From positions 1 to 23,663 of the forward strand of contig NW_021836603.1 in the NCBI RefSeq assembly GCF_006345805.1: a stretch of 23,663 nucleotides of DNA, given 5' to 3'. The notes beneath the pieces were generated by a model that did not search any database, was not told the origin of the DNA, and worked only from the letters and a program-made list of their open reading frames with translations. Within the stretch, counting starts at the first letter, position 1; every line of letters starts with the position of its first letter. This DNA is from Octopus sinensis (lineage: Eukaryota). The translations under genes and the position numbers were made by a program. Below, one piece after another: positions 20,650-23,663 of the stretch.

Positions 20650-20902
20650 TATGGTCATATGTTGGCGTTAGAGAATACATTTTAGTGGTTTTCAGATTTG
20701 AACAGTCTCAAGTATAACCGGCCGAAACTGTAAGGATGATCTGGAAACTTGACTGAGGAGAGAAGGCTACGAATGACCAATCCTTGTTTTTTCCTAGCGT
20801 CTTTTTGTTGTGTTTTCCTCTCCGTCTTTATATCGTCTATCTGTCTGGATGTTTTATTGTCGTCTGTTGTGTCCTTGTTCCATTTCTGGGAGATATATAT
20901 GG

Positions 20903-20959
<57 letters not shown>

Positions 20960-22044
20960 TGTGTGTGCATGTGTGTGTGTACATATTACACACGCAAATA
21001 TATATATTATGCAACGGACTATCGCACAGTTTCCGTTTATCAAATTTTGCTCACAAGTTACTATAGCTTTACTATAGTAACTTATAAGTTTATCCAGGGC
21101 GCCACTCAATATATCGAACCCCAAAGCATACAACTGTGAAGCAAACATCTGGTTGATACATCATTGCCTGCGTCTTTATGTATACTACATGGCATCGAAA
21201 TACAACCATGATTTAGGGAGCTCTTTCTTTTCGGGCAACAGCTATGCTTAGCGATATATTCTAAACCAAAGCGAAACATGCAGAGAATTTTAATGGAAGA
21301 TTTATCTAAGGATAAAGAAGCCTTGAAATATTTCTTTTGTTTTTACCGGATGAGGCGTCGGCTAGCTGGATATCGATTTAATACTAAAGCAAATTCATTA
21401 TATAATCTTTGAATTTGGATGTAAAAAAAAAATCGGACTCTTTTAATGATCTTCGGGAGAAAAGAGAAAGCTTTCAATCCATTAAATCTCATTGCACGTG
21501 TAATCTAATATTGGCTTTCGCAAATTTATTACCGGAAACCAGCAGGAAATTGGTTGCCAACTTGTCATTAGGACAGACTATAGAGATTATCCTTTGCAAC
21601 TTCACTTAAATTTGCCACTAAGTTGCATTCCTTACTGGTGCTATAATAGTAATATGAAAGCTTTTGTTATCGTGTGGGCATTCGTTAAAGGACAATAGAA
21701 AATTCTTCGCCTGCAGAGACACAAGTGCCTGATGGAAAACACAAAAGCATGAATCTTATAAAAAGAAAAGTATTTGTCATCTGGCAGTGTAAGAGATACA
21801 TCCTGAGCACGTACGATACAAATATAATTGTTTGATATAGGGTCCAAGCAATAAGATACGTTTTTATTGATTTTTATTCGGTTCTCATTACTTTCGTTAA
21901 TGCAGCTGTAAAGCCAAATATCAACGCTTGAGAATGCAATGCGATAAATAAATAATATCGACACGGAATTTGAACCTGCTCCGCACTTTAGTCTTCTCAA
22001 GAACAAAAAAAAAAAAAATAAGAGCTGTGAAATCTCGCTGTATA

Positions 22045-22462
22045 CCTATTTCTTTACTACCCACAAGGGGCTAAACACAGAGAGGACAAACAAGGACAGA
22101 CAAACGGATTAAATCGATTATATAGACCTCAGTGCGTAACTGGTACTTAATTTATCGACCCCGAAAGGATGAAAGGCAAAGTCGACCTCGGCACAATTTG
22201 AACTCAGAACGTAACGGCAGATGAAAAACCTACTTCTTTACTGCCCACAAAGGGCTAAACACAGAGAGGACAAACAAGGACAGACAAACGGATTAAGTCG
22301 ATTACATCGACTCCAGTGCGTAATTGGTGCTTAATTTATCGACCCCGAAAGGATGAAAGGCAAAGTCGACCTCGGTGGAATTTGAACTCAGAACATAACG
22401 GCAGACGAAATACTGCTAAGCATTTCGTCTGGTGTGCTAACGTTTCTGCCAGCTCGCCGCCT
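22045..22462 (-). mobile_element. Meta-domain SINE dimer: complete unit (22229-22462) followed by a head-less unit (22045-22228)
   Basis: Two tandem ~184-bp bodies; only the upstream one has the 5' head AGGCGGCGAGCTGGCAGAAACGTTAGC. Confidence 0.85.
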
Positions 22463-22701
22463 TACTTGCTGTGTACCATACACAGAAAAATGTATCAAAT
22501 CGAGTCTTTTTTTCATTTTTTTATTATATTTTAGAGCGAAAAAATTACATTAACTCCAAGGTATTCCTGTATGTATTATATGCGTAGACATTTTCCATAA
22601 GACTTTACTAGTGTCAGCAATAAACCGTGGTTGATCTGTTGATTCTCTGAGTGATCAATAGCCTTTTCAGTAAAGAGATATTCCGTCTTATTGATGACCT
22701 A

Positions 22702-22702
<1 letters not shown>

Positions 22703-22777
<75 letters not shown>

Positions 22778-22892
22778 TATATATATATATATTATATATA
22801 TATTATATATATATATATATAATATACATATATATATATATATATATATACATATATATATAACCATATACATATATTATATATATAGATAT

Positions 22893-22945
<53 letters not shown>
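22703..22945. repeat. (TA)n-rich microsatellite
   Basis: Directly visible. Confidence 0.95.
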
Positions 22946-23663
22946 CATTGAAGCAAAGGAGTACAACTACTTGATAAAACGATGTTAACTACGGAAGTTA
23001 TATCGTTTAATATTTGCAACTAATAATTGGGAAATTTTTTTTCTGTGATCTATTGGATGGAATCGAGATTTCTTGCTTTCATAATTTCTATATTTAGACT
23101 TCACTTTCATTATCTTAATATTGAAAACAAAATCTCTTCTGCAACCAAGCATATTTTTTTTCCGTCGACTATATTAAAAGTTGATTGAATGAGCTCAATA
23201 ACGACTCTCCTGAAACTATGTACATCGTATTTTGAGCAACAGCTACAACTTAATGAAGAAATCATAAACAGCTAGCTAGACAGCATCTCTATTTGTCTGA
23301 CTTTATATTTCATTTTCTCAGAATAATCTTTGAAATACCACCATGACTAATAAATTTAGGAAGACTTCATATTTGACATTGTCTTATAATAGTATTTCGT
23401 CAGCCATTGCCAAAGCAATCATTTAGAGAAATGCATAAGAGAAGGAGTTTGAAAAATTCTGATGCTGCCGTTTTGGCGCTGCCATTCTGGCGCCGCTTAT
23501 TTATTAATTGATTCTAATCTAGGCGCAAGCCCACAACATTTTTCAAAGGACAATAGTAGCTAAGAGGTGGTTCTGCACTCCTCAAAACCCTGGAACTCCC
23601 TCACTGAGGCCTATTACCAAATGTAGTTTAAGTGTTACCTAAGACTACCCTCTGTGTAGTCGC

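Noticed and set aside
21717-21788. AG..GT-bounded 72-nt open segment, plus a 26-nt one at 22535-22560 and an open frame from 21217
   Set aside because: Such short splice-bounded frames are expected by chance, and no peptide was recognised.
21641-22006. 121-aa minus-strand ORF
   Set aside because: No recognisable motif; composition is typical of AT-rich non-coding DNA.

Overview
AT-rich eukaryotic DNA made almost entirely of microsatellites and nested transposable-element debris. The SINE families and repeat landscape look like an octopus (cephalopod) genome; this is an inference, not a database result. No complete protein-coding gene, tRNA, rRNA or CRISPR array is present. Recognisable elements: a CR1/L2-type LINE endonuclease remnant, a dead Ty3/Gypsy gag with a rearranged tRNA-Trp primer-binding site, an R4/Dong-type (RLE) LINE remnant, about ten tRNA-derived SINEs (CORE- and Meta-domain types, several with target-site duplications), a non-autonomous Helitron inside a hAT-like MITE, and a mariner MITE. 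Two weak candidate host exons lie on the + strand. The most unusual feature is a ~3.3 kb composite (14912-18239) lodged in the internal (TA)n of one split SINE. It holds a 549-bp-period duplication with a fold-back, then a 4-copy ~555-bp tandem array. Each array unit carries a minus-strand type I hammerhead-ribozyme-like motif (intact core, stem I and stem III; defective stem II). This is a candidate non-LTR retrozyme-like array, although assembly noise cannot be excluded. Two more Penelope-style hammerhead motifs lie at 6768-6815 and 7638-7672. All alignments and folds were done by eye; nothing was computed or searched.
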